A DNA stretch of 57,721 nt, the filler included, from an uncultured bacterium (GTDB lineage: Bacteria > Latescibacterota > UBA2968): the NCBI GenBank assembly GCA_964471275.1. It is 2 parts of 2 records of this genome, joined end to end, with 100 filler letters (N's around TTAATTAATTAA, not from the genome) between each part and the next. Parts side by side here need not be neighbours in the genome. Positions count along the whole stretch, not along the records: positions 1 to 29,027 come from CAYYGZ010000025.1; 1 more part is not named here. One strand, given 5' to 3'. Below the pieces are notes generated by a model, which worked only from the letters and a program-made list of their open reading frames with translations, was not told the origin of the DNA and searched no databases. Position 1 is the first letter of the stretch, and every line of letters starts with the position of its first letter. The position numbers and the translations under genes are program-made. Positions 18,503-28,585 of this stretch are shown here, one piece after another.

Positions 18503-19570
18503 ATGATTGACCTGACCGACATCCCCCAATCACCAACCCAGCCCGTCAACCCGCGTTCGATCGTCTCGATCGGAGCCGGCGGGATCGTCAACGATGCACA
18601 CTATCCAGCCTATCGTCTCGCCGACTACACGATCGCCGGTGTCTATGATCTGGACACGGACCGAGCTCGCGAACTTGCGGATCAATTTGACATACCGGTC
18701 GTATACGATTCGATGAACCAGGCGACCAGCCACTCGATCAACTCTGTCCTGTTCGATGTTGCGGTGCCGGCTAGTGCCCTGGTCGATGTCTTGCCGGACC
18801 TCCCCGATGGGGCAGCCGTCCTGATCCAGAAACCCCTAGGCGAGGAACTGTCGAGTGCCCGGCAGATCAAGCACATCTGTCAACGCAAGCAGTTCACGGC
18901 AGCCGTAAACTTCCAACTCCGATATGCGCCCTTCGTTCTCGCGGCAAAGCATCTGGTTGACTCGGGTAGAATCGGTAAACTGCACAGTATGGAGTTCCGA
19001 GTCACCGTGCACACTCCGTGGGGTCTATGGCCCTTCCTCGAGGGGCTGCCTCGACTCGAGATTCTCTACCACTCAATCCACTACATCGACCTGATTCGTC
19101 ACTTTCTGGGCGAGCCCCAAAGCATATACGCAAAGACGACCCGTCACCCCGCGAACCCGAAACTGGCCGCGACCCGGACGAACATCATCCTGGACTACGG
19201 TGACGACACGACGGCCACCATTGCGACGAATCACGGACACGATTTCGGACGTAGGCACCAGGAAAGCTATATCCGATGGGAGGGTACGGAGGGGGCGATC
19301 AGAGCGCAGATGGGCGTCTTGCTCGATTACCCCAAGGGCGAGTCGGACAACCTTGAAGTTTCTGCGGGCGAATCCGGCTGGTCTGAGGTACCGTTGACTG
19401 GAACCTGGTATCCACACGCTTTCATCGGGACGGCTGCGGGCGTTATGCGTGCGGCAAACGGGGAAATCGAAGCGGCGGAAACAGACATTCAAGATGCCTA
19501 CAGGACGATGGCAGTCGTTGAATCGGCCTATGCGTCCAGCGAATCAGGAGGAGTTGCAATACCTGAATAA
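18503..19570 (+). CDS. Gfo/Idh/MocA family oxidoreductase
   Basis: IGAGGIV Rossmann motif, QKP, NFQLRY, HSIHYID; start moved to ATG 18503. Confidence 0.88.
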   Translation: MIDLTDIPQSPTQPVNPRSIVSIGAGGIVNDAHYPAYRLADYTIAGVYDLDTDRARELADQFDIPVVYDSMNQATSHSINSVLFDVAVPASALVDVLPDLPDGAAVLIQKPLGEELSSARQIKHICQRKQFTAAVNFQLRYAPFVLAAKHLVDSGRIGKLHSMEFRVTVHTPWGLWPFLEGLPRLEILYHSIHYIDLIRHFLGEPQSIYAKTTRHPANPKLAATRTNIILDYGDDTTATIATNHGHDFGRRHQESYIRWEGTEGAIRAQMGVLLDYPKGESDNLEVSAGESGWSEVPLTGTWYPHAFIGTAAGVMRAANGEIEAAETDIQDAYRTMAVVESAYASSESGGVAIPE

Positions 19571-19629
19571 CCATCACCAAAATGAATCGAGAACGGTTAA
19601 GACGAAGACATTCAGATCAGGAGTGAGAA

Positions 19630-21252
19630 ATGGCGAACACAAAGGAAGTGATTCTCGTAGCGAACGGTGACCTCCGGCTCAGCGCGAACAGAATGTGCTG
19701 GCCCGCGCAGAAGGCGATGGAACAGCAGGTCTCGGCAGCCATCCGCAAAGAGGGGTGGAAGGTCCGACGGGGTCATCCCTACAAAAAAGGGGAACGACAC
19801 GGGTTCATCGGCAGCCAGAAGGAGGGTATGGAGGTCTTTCGGGACATCCCGGCCGATACGCCGCTCATCGTGGCCGAAGCGGTCTGGCAGTACAGCCATC
19901 ATCTCATGGCGGGACTGTCGTCGCACCGCGCGCCCATTCTCACCGTAGCAAACTGGAGCGGTCAGTGGCCGGGGCTCGTCGGGATGCTCAACCTGAACGG
20001 CTCGCTCACCAAGGCAGACATCCCGTACAGCACACTGTGGAGCCTCAACTTTACGGACGGATTCTTCAAACGAGGTCTCCGCGAGTGGCTGAACACGGGA
20101 CGCGTCACACACGACACGAGCCACGTGCGGGACCTGAGCAACTACCGACTGGCAGACAGGGATCGCAATCTCGGCGAGGACCTTGCCGCCGACCTGCAGA
20201 AGAACAAAGCCATCATGGGCATCTTCGATGAAGGCTGTATGGGCATGTTCAACGCCATCATTCCCGATCACCTGCTCAATCCGACGGGTGTGTTCAAGGA
20301 GCGGCTCAGCCAGTCCGCACTGTATGCCGAAATGCAGACGATCGAGGATGCTGAAGCCGATCGCGTTCGGGCCTGGCTCGAGCGTAAGGGGGTCGATTTC
20401 ATCACGGGCAAGAAGCACAAGACGGACCTGACCGATGCGCAGCTCCGAGACCAATGCCGGATGTATATCGCTGCGGTCCGAATTGCCGACGACTTCGGCT
20501 GCGACACGATCGGCATCCAGTATCAGCAGGGCCTGAAAGATCTCTCACCGGCCTCCGACCTCGTCGAGGGCATCTTGAACAACTCGGACCGCCCACCGGT
20601 CAAAGCCCGTGAGAACGGCCGCGTCCTCTACAAGGGCGAACCCGTTCCCCACTTCAACGAAGTCGACGAATGTGCCGGTCTGGATGCGCTCTTGACCAAT
20701 CGTGTCTGGAAGGCGCTCCGTCAGCCCCCGGAAACGACACTGCACGACATCCGTTGGGGGGATCACTACAAGGGCCGCGGCGTCAACGACTACGTATGGG
20801 TATTCCTGATCTCCGGCGGCGCTCCGCCCGCCCACTTCATCGACGGCTACGCGGGAACGACTTCGTATCGCCAGGTGCCTATGTATTTCCCGAACGGCGG
20901 CGGAACCTGTATGGGTGTCAGCAAACCCGGGGAGATCGTTTGGAGCCGCGTCTTCATGCAGGACGACCGACTCCAGATGGACATCGGCCGCGGCACGGTT
21001 GTCAAGCTGCCGGAACAGGAGACCCAGCGTCGACTCGATGCGACGACACCCCAGTGGCCGATCATGCACGGCATCACCTATGGTGTCTCACGCGACCAGA
21101 TGATGGCCCGCCACAAGGCGAACCACATCCAGATCGCCTATGCCAAATCTGTTGAAGCCGCCAATCGCTGCCTCGCAGCCAAGGCCTCGATGGCACAGGC
21201 GCTGGGCATAGAAGTCCACGTTTGCGGCAGCAAGAACGGAATCACAGACTGA
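19630..21252 (+). CDS. L-fucose/L-arabinose isomerase-like protein
   Basis: [47 protein letters not shown]. Confidence 0.8.
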   Translation: MANTKEVILVANGDLRLSANRMCWPAQKAMEQQVSAAIRKEGWKVRRGHPYKKGERHGFIGSQKEGMEVFRDIPADTPLIVAEAVWQYSHHLMAGLSSHRAPILTVANWSGQWPGLVGMLNLNGSLTKADIPYSTLWSLNFTDGFFKRGLREWLNTGRVTHDTSHVRDLSNYRLADRDRNLGEDLAADLQKNKAIMGIFDEGCMGMFNAIIPDHLLNPTGVFKERLSQSALYAEMQTIEDAEADRVRAWLERKGVDFITGKKHKTDLTDAQLRDQCRMYIAAVRIADDFGCDTIGIQYQQGLKDLSPASDLVEGILNNSDRPPVKARENGRVLYKGEPVPHFNEVDECAGLDALLTNRVWKALRQPPETTLHDIRWGDHYKGRGVNDYVWVFLISGGAPPAHFIDGYAGTTSYRQVPMYFPNGGGTCMGVSKPGEIVWSRVFMQDDRLQMDIGRGTVVKLPEQETQRRLDATTPQWPIMHGITYGVSRDQMMARHKANHIQIAYAKSVEAANRCLAAKASMAQALGIEVHVCGSKNGITD

Positions 21253-21273
21253 AGCATATATCGGAGCTCGTCG

Positions 21274-21297
21274 CCCTTCGACTCGGTTCAGGGTGAC
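21274..21297 (-). repeat. GTCA-type REP-like element
   Basis: Minus strand reads GTCACCCTGAACCGAGTCGAAGGG, same layout as the repeats at 22345-22860. Confidence 0.55.
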
Positions 21298-21361
21298 CTA
21301 CGGCTTTCGTGCTGACGTAGCCCAACGATCACTACAGGTCGCAACAAGACAAGGAGACCTA

Positions 21362-22324
21362 ATGAAACTAGCACTCGTCCTCAGGCCCTTCTCGGAAGAG
21401 AACCTCGCCGTCGCCAAGCAGATTGGCGTTACGGATATCGTCACCACGCTCCCACGGAACATATACAAGGTAGGGGATGTCTGGCCCTATGAGGAGATCG
21501 TGCGACACAAACAGAGGATCGCTGACGTCGGATTGGATTGGTCCGTCGTCGAGTCCGTCCAGATCTCCGACACGGTCAAGCTTGGCAAGGAAGGGCGTGA
21601 CGCCGAAATCGACGACTACTGTCAGACGATCCTCAACCTGGGTGCAGCCGACGTCAACATTATGTGCTGGAATTGGATGGCCGTCTTCGGCTGGATGCGC
21701 ACCTCGTTCACGACACGGACACGCGGGAACGCTCTCTCCAGTAGCTATGATCACAGCCTAATGGAGAATGCGCCCCTGACCGAACACGGTGAGGTATCGG
21801 AAGATCAACTCTGGGAAACGCTGGAATACTTCCTGGGAAAGGTCATCCCTGTTGCCGAGGAGGCAAAGGTGAAGCAGGGTATCCATCCGGACGACCCGCC
21901 TCTGTCGCCGATCCGAGGAATCAGTCGCATCGCCAACAGTATGGAAAACTATGATCGGATCCTCAGCCTCTATCCGAGTGAATACCATGGCGTCACCTTC
22001 TGCCAAGGCAATTTCACGGCGATGGGTGCGGACATTCCGACGGCTCTGAAACACTTCGGCAAAGAGAAGATCCCCTTCGCCCACTTCCGTGACCTGCACG
22101 GCAAGGTGCCGCACTTCTCCGAGTCGTTCCACGACGACGGAGACACAGACATGGCCAAAGCCATCCAGGCCTACCAGGACATCGGCTTTGAGGGCCCAAT
22201 CCGCCCGGATCACACCCCGACCTTCGCCATCGACGAAAACGAGACCGGCGGGTACAACATCCTCGGACGACTCTTCGCCGTCGGCTATATGCGCGGTCTC
22301 ATCGACGGATTGAATTGCCGATAA
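21362..22324 (+). CDS. uxuA: Mannonate dehydratase
   Basis: KQIGVT, WSVVES, GIHPDDPP, FCQGN, FAHFRD, FHDDG, IRPDH, GRLFAVGYMRGL; SD AAGGAG before ATG 21362. Confidence 0.92.
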   Translation: MKLALVLRPFSEENLAVAKQIGVTDIVTTLPRNIYKVGDVWPYEEIVRHKQRIADVGLDWSVVESVQISDTVKLGKEGRDAEIDDYCQTILNLGAADVNIMCWNWMAVFGWMRTSFTTRTRGNALSSSYDHSLMENAPLTEHGEVSEDQLWETLEYFLGKVIPVAEEAKVKQGIHPDDPPLSPIRGISRIANSMENYDRILSLYPSEYHGVTFCQGNFTAMGADIPTALKHFGKEKIPFAHFRDLHGKVPHFSESFHDDGDTDMAKAIQAYQDIGFEGPIRPDHTPTFAIDENETGGYNILGRLFAVGYMRGLIDGLNCR

Positions 22325-22344
22325 CGGAGGAATTCTCCAGGCAA

Positions 22345-22377
22345 GTCATTCCGAACGTTAGTGAGGAATCCATACGG
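22345..22377 (+). repeat. REP-like repeat copy 1 (upstream of GIY-YIG gene)
   Basis: GTCATTCCGAACGTTAGTGAGGAATCCATACGG; 30/33 identical to 22709-22741. Confidence 0.85.
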
Positions 22378-22414
22378 GGTGGTGATGAGTTCGTGACTTA
22401 GCTATACTCGCAGC

Positions 22415-22702
22415 GTCACGAGATCATATTATGTCTATATCCTGTCCAGCAAGTCCAAGACTCTCTACACGGGGATGACAAACGACCTGAATCGTCGCGT
22501 ATGGGAACACAAGCAGAAAACGAAGGGCTTCACCTCACGGTACAACATCACCCAGCTGGTCTACTTTGAGGAATACAACGATCCGCTGAGCGCGATATAC
22601 AGAGAGAAACAGATCAAGACCTGGCGGCGCGAGAAACGGGTTGACCTTGTGAAGGGGATGAATCCAGAATAGCAGGACTTGAGTCGTGATTGGTATCAGT
22701 AG
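22415..22702 (+). pseudogene. GIY-YIG nuclease (YhbQ/UPF0213-like), degenerate
   Basis: Frame reads VTRSYYVYILSSKSKTLYTGMTNDLNRRVWEHK...AIYREKQIKTWRREKR...NPE*QDLSRDWYQ*; no canonical start upstream of YVY; TAG at 22670-22672 where the family has NPxW. Confidence 0.85.
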
Positions 22703-22708
22703 CCCGTC

Positions 22709-22741
22709 GTCATTCTGAACATCAGTGAGGAATCCATACGG
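22709..22741 (+). repeat. REP-like repeat copy 2 (downstream of GIY-YIG gene)
   Basis: GTCATTCTGAACATCAGTGAGGAATCCATACGG; direct repeat of 22345-22377. Confidence 0.85.
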
Positions 22742-22832
22742 TCGGGTGACATTCATCGGTGGTTAGGCCACAGAGACCACGACAGCTTCGGAAACTGATC
22801 AGCACTCCCGGGCCACAAGCAGATTAGCACAC

Positions 22833-22860
22833 GGGTCCCTCGGCCAAGCCTCGGGATGAC
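22833..22860 (-). repeat. REP-like repeat copy 3 (inverted, diverged)
   Basis: Minus strand reads GTCATCCCGAGGCTTGGCCGAGGGACCC. Confidence 0.6.
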
Positions 22861-22884
22861 TAGCTTGTACACGGGACAGCCTAT

Positions 22885-23853
22885 ATGAGAGACATCGAAA
22901 TAGCCGCCGCGCAGTTCGAAGCCCGCGACGCAGACATCGACTATAACTTCAGCCGAATCGAAGCGCTCACCGAACGGGCAGTTGCCGAGGGAGCGAAAAT
23001 CGTCTCCTTCCACGAGTGCTGTATCCAGGGCTACACGTTCCTGATGACCCTGTCACGCGAGCGACTCCTGGACCTGGCCGAGCCCGTACCCGATGGCCCA
23101 TCCACCGAGCGGCTCATCGGGCTGTCCCGCAGGTTCGACGTACCAATTATGGCAGGCCTCGTGGAGCGCGATGGCGACCGGATGTATAACACCTATGTCG
23201 TGGTCAGTCCGGACGGGTTTATCGCGAAGCATCGTAAGCTTCACGCGTTCATCAGCGACTACATCGACTCGGGCGATTCCTTCACCACATTCGACCTGTG
23301 CGGCTGCAAGTGCGGCGTCCTGATCTGTTACGACAACAACCTCCCCGAGAACGTCCGCATCACGGCGATGATGGGAGCCGAAATCATTTTTATGCCGCAC
23401 GTCACCTGCGGTCTTCAATCCGCGATGCCGGGTCGTGGCCTGATTGACAAAGCGCTCTGGGACAATCGACATCGAGATCCGGTCAGTCTGCGACAGGAAT
23501 TCCTCGGTCCCAAGGGGCGGGGATGGTTGATGAGATGGCTACCGACACGTGCATACGAAAACGGCGTGTATGCCATCTACACCAACCCGATCGGTGTCGA
23601 TCACGACACCATCAAAAATGGGAATGCGATGATCATGGATCCCTTTGGCGAGATCCTCGTCGAATCGGATGCGTTGAAAGATGATGTCGTGGTGGGGCTC
23701 TGCACGGCGGAGAAGATCGACGTCTCATCCGGTCATCGATACCTGCGGGCGCGACGACCGAAACTCTATGGGAGACTGGTCGAACCGCTTCCGGAGGATT
23801 GGGAAGCGGGAACGAACCCGGGCTGGAAACGAGACGCTTCGGACTCAGAGTAG
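22885..23853 (+). CDS. Nitrilase/carbon-nitrogen hydrolase family protein
   Basis: Catalytic triad contexts FHECC (Glu), HRKLH (Lys), LICYD (Cys); RAYENG. Confidence 0.92.
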   Translation: MRDIEIAAAQFEARDADIDYNFSRIEALTERAVAEGAKIVSFHECCIQGYTFLMTLSRERLLDLAEPVPDGPSTERLIGLSRRFDVPIMAGLVERDGDRMYNTYVVVSPDGFIAKHRKLHAFISDYIDSGDSFTTFDLCGCKCGVLICYDNNLPENVRITAMMGAEIIFMPHVTCGLQSAMPGRGLIDKALWDNRHRDPVSLRQEFLGPKGRGWLMRWLPTRAYENGVYAIYTNPIGVDHDTIKNGNAMIMDPFGEILVESDALKDDVVVGLCTAEKIDVSSGHRYLRARRPKLYGRLVEPLPEDWEAGTNPGWKRDASDSE

Positions 23854-23860
23854 ATTACGT

Positions 23861-23895
23861 AAGGGCGCCAAACCAAGCGGTTCGGCGCCCTTTCT
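23861..23895 (+). terminator. Intrinsic terminator between convergent genes
   Basis: AAGGGCGCCAAACC-AAGC-GGTTCGGCGCCCTT followed by TCT. Confidence 0.7.
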
Positions 23896-23962
23896 GTGTT
23901 CAGGTCACAATGCCAGCCGTCACAACCGGCGAACATGAGGAATGACGTGGTTGCCTGATTGA

Positions 23963-25180
23963 CTACGTGACAGCCGGAGCTCTCCGCAACAGCGCAATGT
24001 AGAGAACGAGCCCGGTCAACCCCGAACAGGCGATCGCGTAGAGCATCGGGTTCGGTGTTCCATCGTAGATGAAGACGAACATCACGCCGGAAAGCCCACC
24101 GCCGAACATTCGGATAAACCCCATAACGGAGGAAGCCAGTCCAGCCTTCTCAGGATAGGGGATCAGCGCCTCGGCAGAAGCCATCGGGCTGATGAAACCG
24201 CCGCCCAGGGCATAGAAATACATTGTAAGAACGATCGCCACGACCTGATAGGTCTCTGCCCACGCCTGAATTCCCAGGGCCAGACCTGCCGTCGCAGAAA
24301 TCAATGTCCCGACCCGAATCAGGAGTCTCCTGGGATAGCGTCTGTTGAAGCGCCCGGAAATAAACGCGCCGCTCATAAAACCAAAGGCAACGAAACCGAA
24401 GCAGTAGCCAAAGACGGCGGCGGAAACGCCCAGGACCTCGATCAGCACAAAGGACGAGTTTGTGATAAAAGCGAAGAAACCGCAGAACAACATCGTCATC
24501 AACAGGACGTTGCCCAGATACTGGCGATTACCGAGCAGATCACGGACGTTGTCGAGCAGATGTGCGGGATGTAATGCGTTTACATCAGGCATCCGGTTCG
24601 TCTCGGGGATCAGCACAGCGTAAACCGTGAAGAAAAGCGTGCCCATCCCCACCAGAACCACGAAGACGGCGCGCCACCCGAAATGCACCTGCAGGTAGCC
24701 GCCCAGTATCGGGGCAAGCATTGGCGCCAGAGCCATAACGGTCGCCATCGTCGCCAGAACCTGCGCGGTCTTCTCCTTCCCGTATACATCCCTGACAACG
24801 GCCTGACCGACCGAAGGCCCGCAGCCGGCGCCAACTCCCTGGCAGATACGACCGAACACGAGCAGCCAAACGGTCGTCGCAAAACCGCACATCGCGCCGG
24901 CAACCGTATAAACCGCGACCCCGATCAGCATCGTCTTTCGCCGGCCATACCGATCGGAAACAGGACCGTACAGAAGCTGTGAAATGGCCATCGCTATGAT
25001 GAACAGGGTTACGGCCAACTGGATGTGGGAAGGTTCGGCCTGGAACTGCTCTGCCATCCGAGGCATAGAAGGCAGAAACATATCGGTCGAGAGTGGAGCG
25101 AGAGCCGTTAACCCGATGAGGACCACGACAACATACCGGCTCGGTTGCCATGCAGATGAGGACGCTTCTTTACTCTCCAT
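23963..25180 (-). CDS. Bcr/CflA family MFS efflux transporter
   Basis: STDMFLPS, GPVSDRYGRR, VVRDVY, LAPILGG, WRAVF, PET; start moved to ATG 25180. Confidence 0.92.
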   Translation of the reverse strand: MESKEASSSAWQPSRYVVVVLIGLTALAPLSTDMFLPSMPRMAEQFQAEPSHIQLAVTLFIIAMAISQLLYGPVSDRYGRRKTMLIGVAVYTVAGAMCGFATTVWLLVFGRICQGVGAGCGPSVGQAVVRDVYGKEKTAQVLATMATVMALAPMLAPILGGYLQVHFGWRAVFVVLVGMGTLFFTVYAVLIPETNRMPDVNALHPAHLLDNVRDLLGNRQYLGNVLLMTMLFCGFFAFITNSSFVLIEVLGVSAAVFGYCFGFVAFGFMSGAFISGRFNRRYPRRLLIRVGTLISATAGLALGIQAWAETYQVVAIVLTMYFYALGGGFISPMASAEALIPYPEKAGLASSVMGFIRMFGGGLSGVMFVFIYDGTPNPMLYAIACSGLTGLVLYIALLRRAPAVT

Positions 25181-25564
25181 AGGAGACAAAAAGTAGGCGT
25201 GCAACAGGTTGCGGGCAAGATTAAACTCCCGAAAAGCCACGCAGATAGAGAATCAACAATGCCGGGGTAGATACTGTCATTTCTCTAATTCGCGAACTTC
25301 CCGAGAGTTTCAGCCTTCTCCATTGACACGGGATGCTCGCGACAGTTCCAACTTGCCGAAAATATTCGGATTGACGAATTCTTTCACACTGAATCGAGAT
25401 CCGACAGCGCCCCGAACCCAGCCGGCCGACGGGATATAAAATTTAATTTTACAGTCAGTTAGATTTGCAGCGACCGCACTTGGCTTGTAGTGCTTGGGGG
25501 AGCAGGTAGCCAACCCAATCTCGCACAGATTCCAGATTCTCCTTCGAGAATTCTTGTCCATCGA

Positions 25565-25825
25565 CTACTTTGGCACGCAATAGTGCCTACGGAGGCAATA
25601 TTGACCTTTGGAAATCAGGAGAACCAGTGCTTGGCCCGGTGTTCCACCCAGAGGCGAAAGCGCATCCGGAGCGATCGACAAGAATCCAGCCAGCGCTGCC
25701 CGCCGAGTTACGTCCTCGATGTGCTTGTTCAGCCCACGATTCTCGTGGATCGCCACGACAGCCGGAAGCTTGCCGGCATCCTTCAATCTGGCCGAGTATG
25801 CGGACACCTCACCGGACTCGAGCAT
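25565..25825 (-). pseudogene. Fragment of dienelactone hydrolase family (YghX-like) gene
   Basis: [43 protein letters not shown], then similarity ends; catalytic GFCxGG region absent. Confidence 0.8.
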
Positions 25826-25877
25826 CGGCAGGAGAGCGTTGGCGGCTGATGCGATTCAGGTTCACGCGCGTTCCAGG

Positions 25878-26243
25878 CTAAGTACCTGAAACCAGCCTCT
25901 CTACCGTTTCCAGCAGCTCCCGCATTTTGAAGGGCTTCTGGATATTTTCGGTCACACCCACATGCTCCAGCCGCCGTCTAGCCACAGCATCGAGGTTCCC
26001 TGAAACGACAAGGATCGGGGTGTCCGTATACTCGGTAAGCAGATCGGCCACATCGGTGCCACGGATCTCAGGCAGGCCCAGGTCGAGCGTGATCAGATCA
26101 TAGGTGCCCGATCTCGCTTCACCGATCAGGGTAGCAAGCTGGGGACTGGCTTCGACCTCTTAGCCAGCCTCTTCGAACGATTCCACCAGGAAGAAGCGAG
26201 TCTGTTCATCGTCTTCGATAATGAGAATGCGCTTCCCGGCCAC
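25878..26243 (-). pseudogene. Single-domain response regulator (receiver) with an in-frame TAA
   Basis: GGAGG-GTG start; RILIIEDD...EEAG*EVEA...DLITLDLGLP...PILVVSG...IQKPF; TAA at 26160-26162, frame otherwise intact to TAG at 25878. Confidence 0.85.
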
Positions 26244-26469
26244 AAGCAGTTCCTCCGTCACCCCAATAGGTCCAACCCATCTTCCGTATGGACTCGTTAA
26301 GATCACCTTGCTGATCCAGACTGTCCAGACTCGGATACACAAAGCACAGAAACAGGCACCAACCACGAGGATTGGCGCCTGCTGCCAAGGTAGGCCGGAC
26401 CGGCCGAAGCCTGCCGGGTGAGAATGAAATCGCTTCGTCAGACCACGGCCTCTCTCTTTGTGTCGACTG

Positions 26470-26982
26470 CTAGATTTTCGGGCAACCCCCGCGGCAGAGC
26501 GGTGCGTGTTCGCCACCCCTCATTCCCTTGGCAGGTCCACCGCGACGCCCGCGGAACTGCCCCCTGTTCCCGCCTTTCCGTCCCTTTGGCATCTTTTCGA
26601 GCTTCTTAAGCTGCTCCTCGGTCAAAATCTTGTTCATCGCCAACTTGTGCTGCACGCGATTCGCAGTCATCTTCGTCTGGGTCGCTGTTACGCTCGCAAC
26701 CGTCTTGTCGACCTTGCTTTGACTCGGGTTCTTCTGGCCCAGCAGCTCCCGGAGCTCAATCTTCGCGACCTGCATATCCGCCCGAAGCTGAATCATCTCC
26801 TTCTGCCCGTCGGAGCGAAGCGACTTGAGCTGGTCCTTCTGCTCCTGGCTCAGATCAAGTGCCTCGAACCTCGGTCCGGCAGGTTGGTGCCTTCTTCCGC
26901 GACGTCCCTGCGCGTGAACGACAGATATGCCAAGCACGAGCACGAGACCTGCGATCCCCATCCACATATACTTGCGTCTCAT
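26470..26982 (-). CDS. Spy/CpxP (LTXXQ) family periplasmic chaperone-like protein
   Basis: Signal peptide; LDLSQEQK and ILTEEQL motifs; Gly/Arg-rich tail; SD AAGGAGG before ATG 26982. Confidence 0.85.
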   Translation of the reverse strand: MRRKYMWMGIAGLVLVLGISVVHAQGRRGRRHQPAGPRFEALDLSQEQKDQLKSLRSDGQKEMIQLRADMQVAKIELRELLGQKNPSQSKVDKTVASVTATQTKMTANRVQHKLAMNKILTEEQLKKLEKMPKGRKGGNRGQFRGRRGGPAKGMRGGEHAPLCRGGCPKI

Positions 26983-27066
26983 CTCTTCCTCCTTCGTGTG
27001 ACCTCCTCGGGTCAACAGCCACTCCCCAAGAAGACCGGTTCTCATTATCCTCTGTACCGCTACTGG

Positions 27067-27096
27067 TTAGACGAGAGATCCATCCGGTTGGTTGTT
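27067..27096 (-). promoter_or_regulatory. Possible ECF-sigma promoter of the spy-like gene
   Basis: Minus strand AAC-N17-CGTCTAA upstream of the spy-like gene; short motif only. Confidence 0.3.
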
Positions 27097-27445
27097 CGAT
27101 TTCTGTATCCCTCTGTTACGTATTGTAGAGATCGCGCTGCGACGGCCCAACCTCATTGCTCTGATCTTCTCTTCAGTGCTGAGGTTCGTGACCTTTGATT
27201 CTCTTTTCGCGTGCTAGCGATCGTCTCCGGAGATCCTCGTTCGCAACAATCTTAGGCACGAACACGATTCCATAACAAGACTGAAGCGCCGCGGGCCCCC
27301 CCTCGTGTTCTGCGTGGGAATCACGACGCCAACGGGTGGGGGACCTCACTCACCTGGGACGATATTCTGTGCACTCTCAGCGTTCACCTGATCCTTCGCA
27401 GCACAGCACGCAGGAGGTTGTGTCGAGATATGTTCCACCCCGTCG

Positions 27446-28507
27446 CTAGAAACTCAGCCCAAAGCTGACATCTACCGATTTTCGGCCCTCATAATCGTAG
27501 AAGGCATCGTTCGATCGCGATTTCTCGAAGCGGTAGTCTACACCAAAGTCTAGGCGATCCAGAAGCGGGACCTCGAGAGACACCTGCCCGAACGTGATCC
27601 TGTCGAGCCGGATCGACAGATCGGCCATCGGGATACCGTCTGCGTCCAGGGCGACCTGGTCATCATACGTCTGCGTCTCATACCCGCCTGACAGAACCAG
27701 GGATGATCGCAGAGGGAGTTGCTGTGTCAACTTGCCGGTAAGCTGATGCCCGCTGTAGTCGTATCGATCGACCAGAATATCCTCATCCAGGCTGAAGCCA
27801 CCCAGTGCCAGATTATCTGGGGGCGCGATCGTATTCACACAACGCTGATACCGCACGCTGATTCCCTTACCCGGTCCGACGGACTGTGCGATCTGTGCCC
27901 CGAGCACGACCTGTGCCTCGTCACTGAAATGGGATTTGTAGCTGTAGCTGAGATCCCCTCGCAGCGTCGTTTTTGATGGCAGAAACTGTGTCACCTGCCC
28001 GAAGAGGTAGTGGTCGGCGTAGCTGGACGTATCCAGATTCCAGTAGTTGAGTGTGGCCAGATGATAGCCCAACCGAATCATCGTTTTGGGAGCTGCATAG
28101 AACTTGCCGTTCAGATAGGCACGCATCCCGGCGTAATCGTAGACATTGTAATCGGCACGGTCAATTCGCGTCAGGAACGTCGCACCCGCGTAGAGCCTGT
28201 TGCGGCCCTGCCCGATCTTTCGGGCGTGAGAGATCCCGACTTCCTGGGTCGTGAACGATCGGTCACCGGCCGACGCGAACAGGTAGCCGGATCCCTGATA
28301 GAACAGACGTGTGTCGTAGCCCTGGCCGTTGAATGCGCTCGCGATATACGTAGAGGCTTCCGTCAAGTAATCCGACGTCGCTACCGAAGTGCCGAAAATG
28401 TTGGTATCTGCCGATGAACGAACTGAGGCCTCACGGATGAGTTCGGCACGTGAGGGAGCGGCGAAAATCAGAACAAGTATTAAAAGTGCTGGCGTAGGGA
28501 ATCGCAT
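27446..28507 (-). CDS. Putative outer-membrane beta-barrel protein
   Basis: Signal peptide (PSRA|E), alternating aromatic beta-strand pattern, C-terminal VSFGLSF. Confidence 0.75.
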   Translation of the reverse strand: MRFPTPALLILVLIFAAPSRAELIREASVRSSADTNIFGTSVATSDYLTEASTYIASAFNGQGYDTRLFYQGSGYLFASAGDRSFTTQEVGISHARKIGQGRNRLYAGATFLTRIDRADYNVYDYAGMRAYLNGKFYAAPKTMIRLGYHLATLNYWNLDTSSYADHYLFGQVTQFLPSKTTLRGDLSYSYKSHFSDEAQVVLGAQIAQSVGPGKGISVRYQRCVNTIAPPDNLALGGFSLDEDILVDRYDYSGHQLTGKLTQQLPLRSSLVLSGGYETQTYDDQVALDADGIPMADLSIRLDRITFGQVSLEVPLLDRLDFGVDYRFEKSRSNDAFYDYEGRKSVDVSFGLSF

Positions 28508-28540
28508 CGCAGAATCTCGCCCGGTCGGGAATGAAGGTCG

Positions 28541-28574
28541 GAAGAAAAGGCGGGACGACCGGAGCCGTCCCGCC
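28541..28574 (-). terminator. Intrinsic terminator
   Basis: GGCGGGACG stem (28549-28574) followed by TTTTCTTC on the minus strand. Confidence 0.7.
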
Positions 28575-28585
28575 GAAAGATCACT

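Noticed and set aside
22670..22672. In-frame TAG (and TAA at 26160) as pyrrolysine or an alternative genetic code
   Set aside because: TAG and TAA end many intact genes here; both stops are single-base changes from the expected Trp/Tyr codons
22345..22741. 33-nt direct repeats as a CRISPR array
   Set aside because: Only two direct copies, about 330 nt apart around a gene; no cas genes
26160..26516. 118-aa ORF from the track as a real gene
   Set aside because: Only the last 27 codons belong to the receiver pseudogene; the upstream part overlaps the spy-like gene end and spacer
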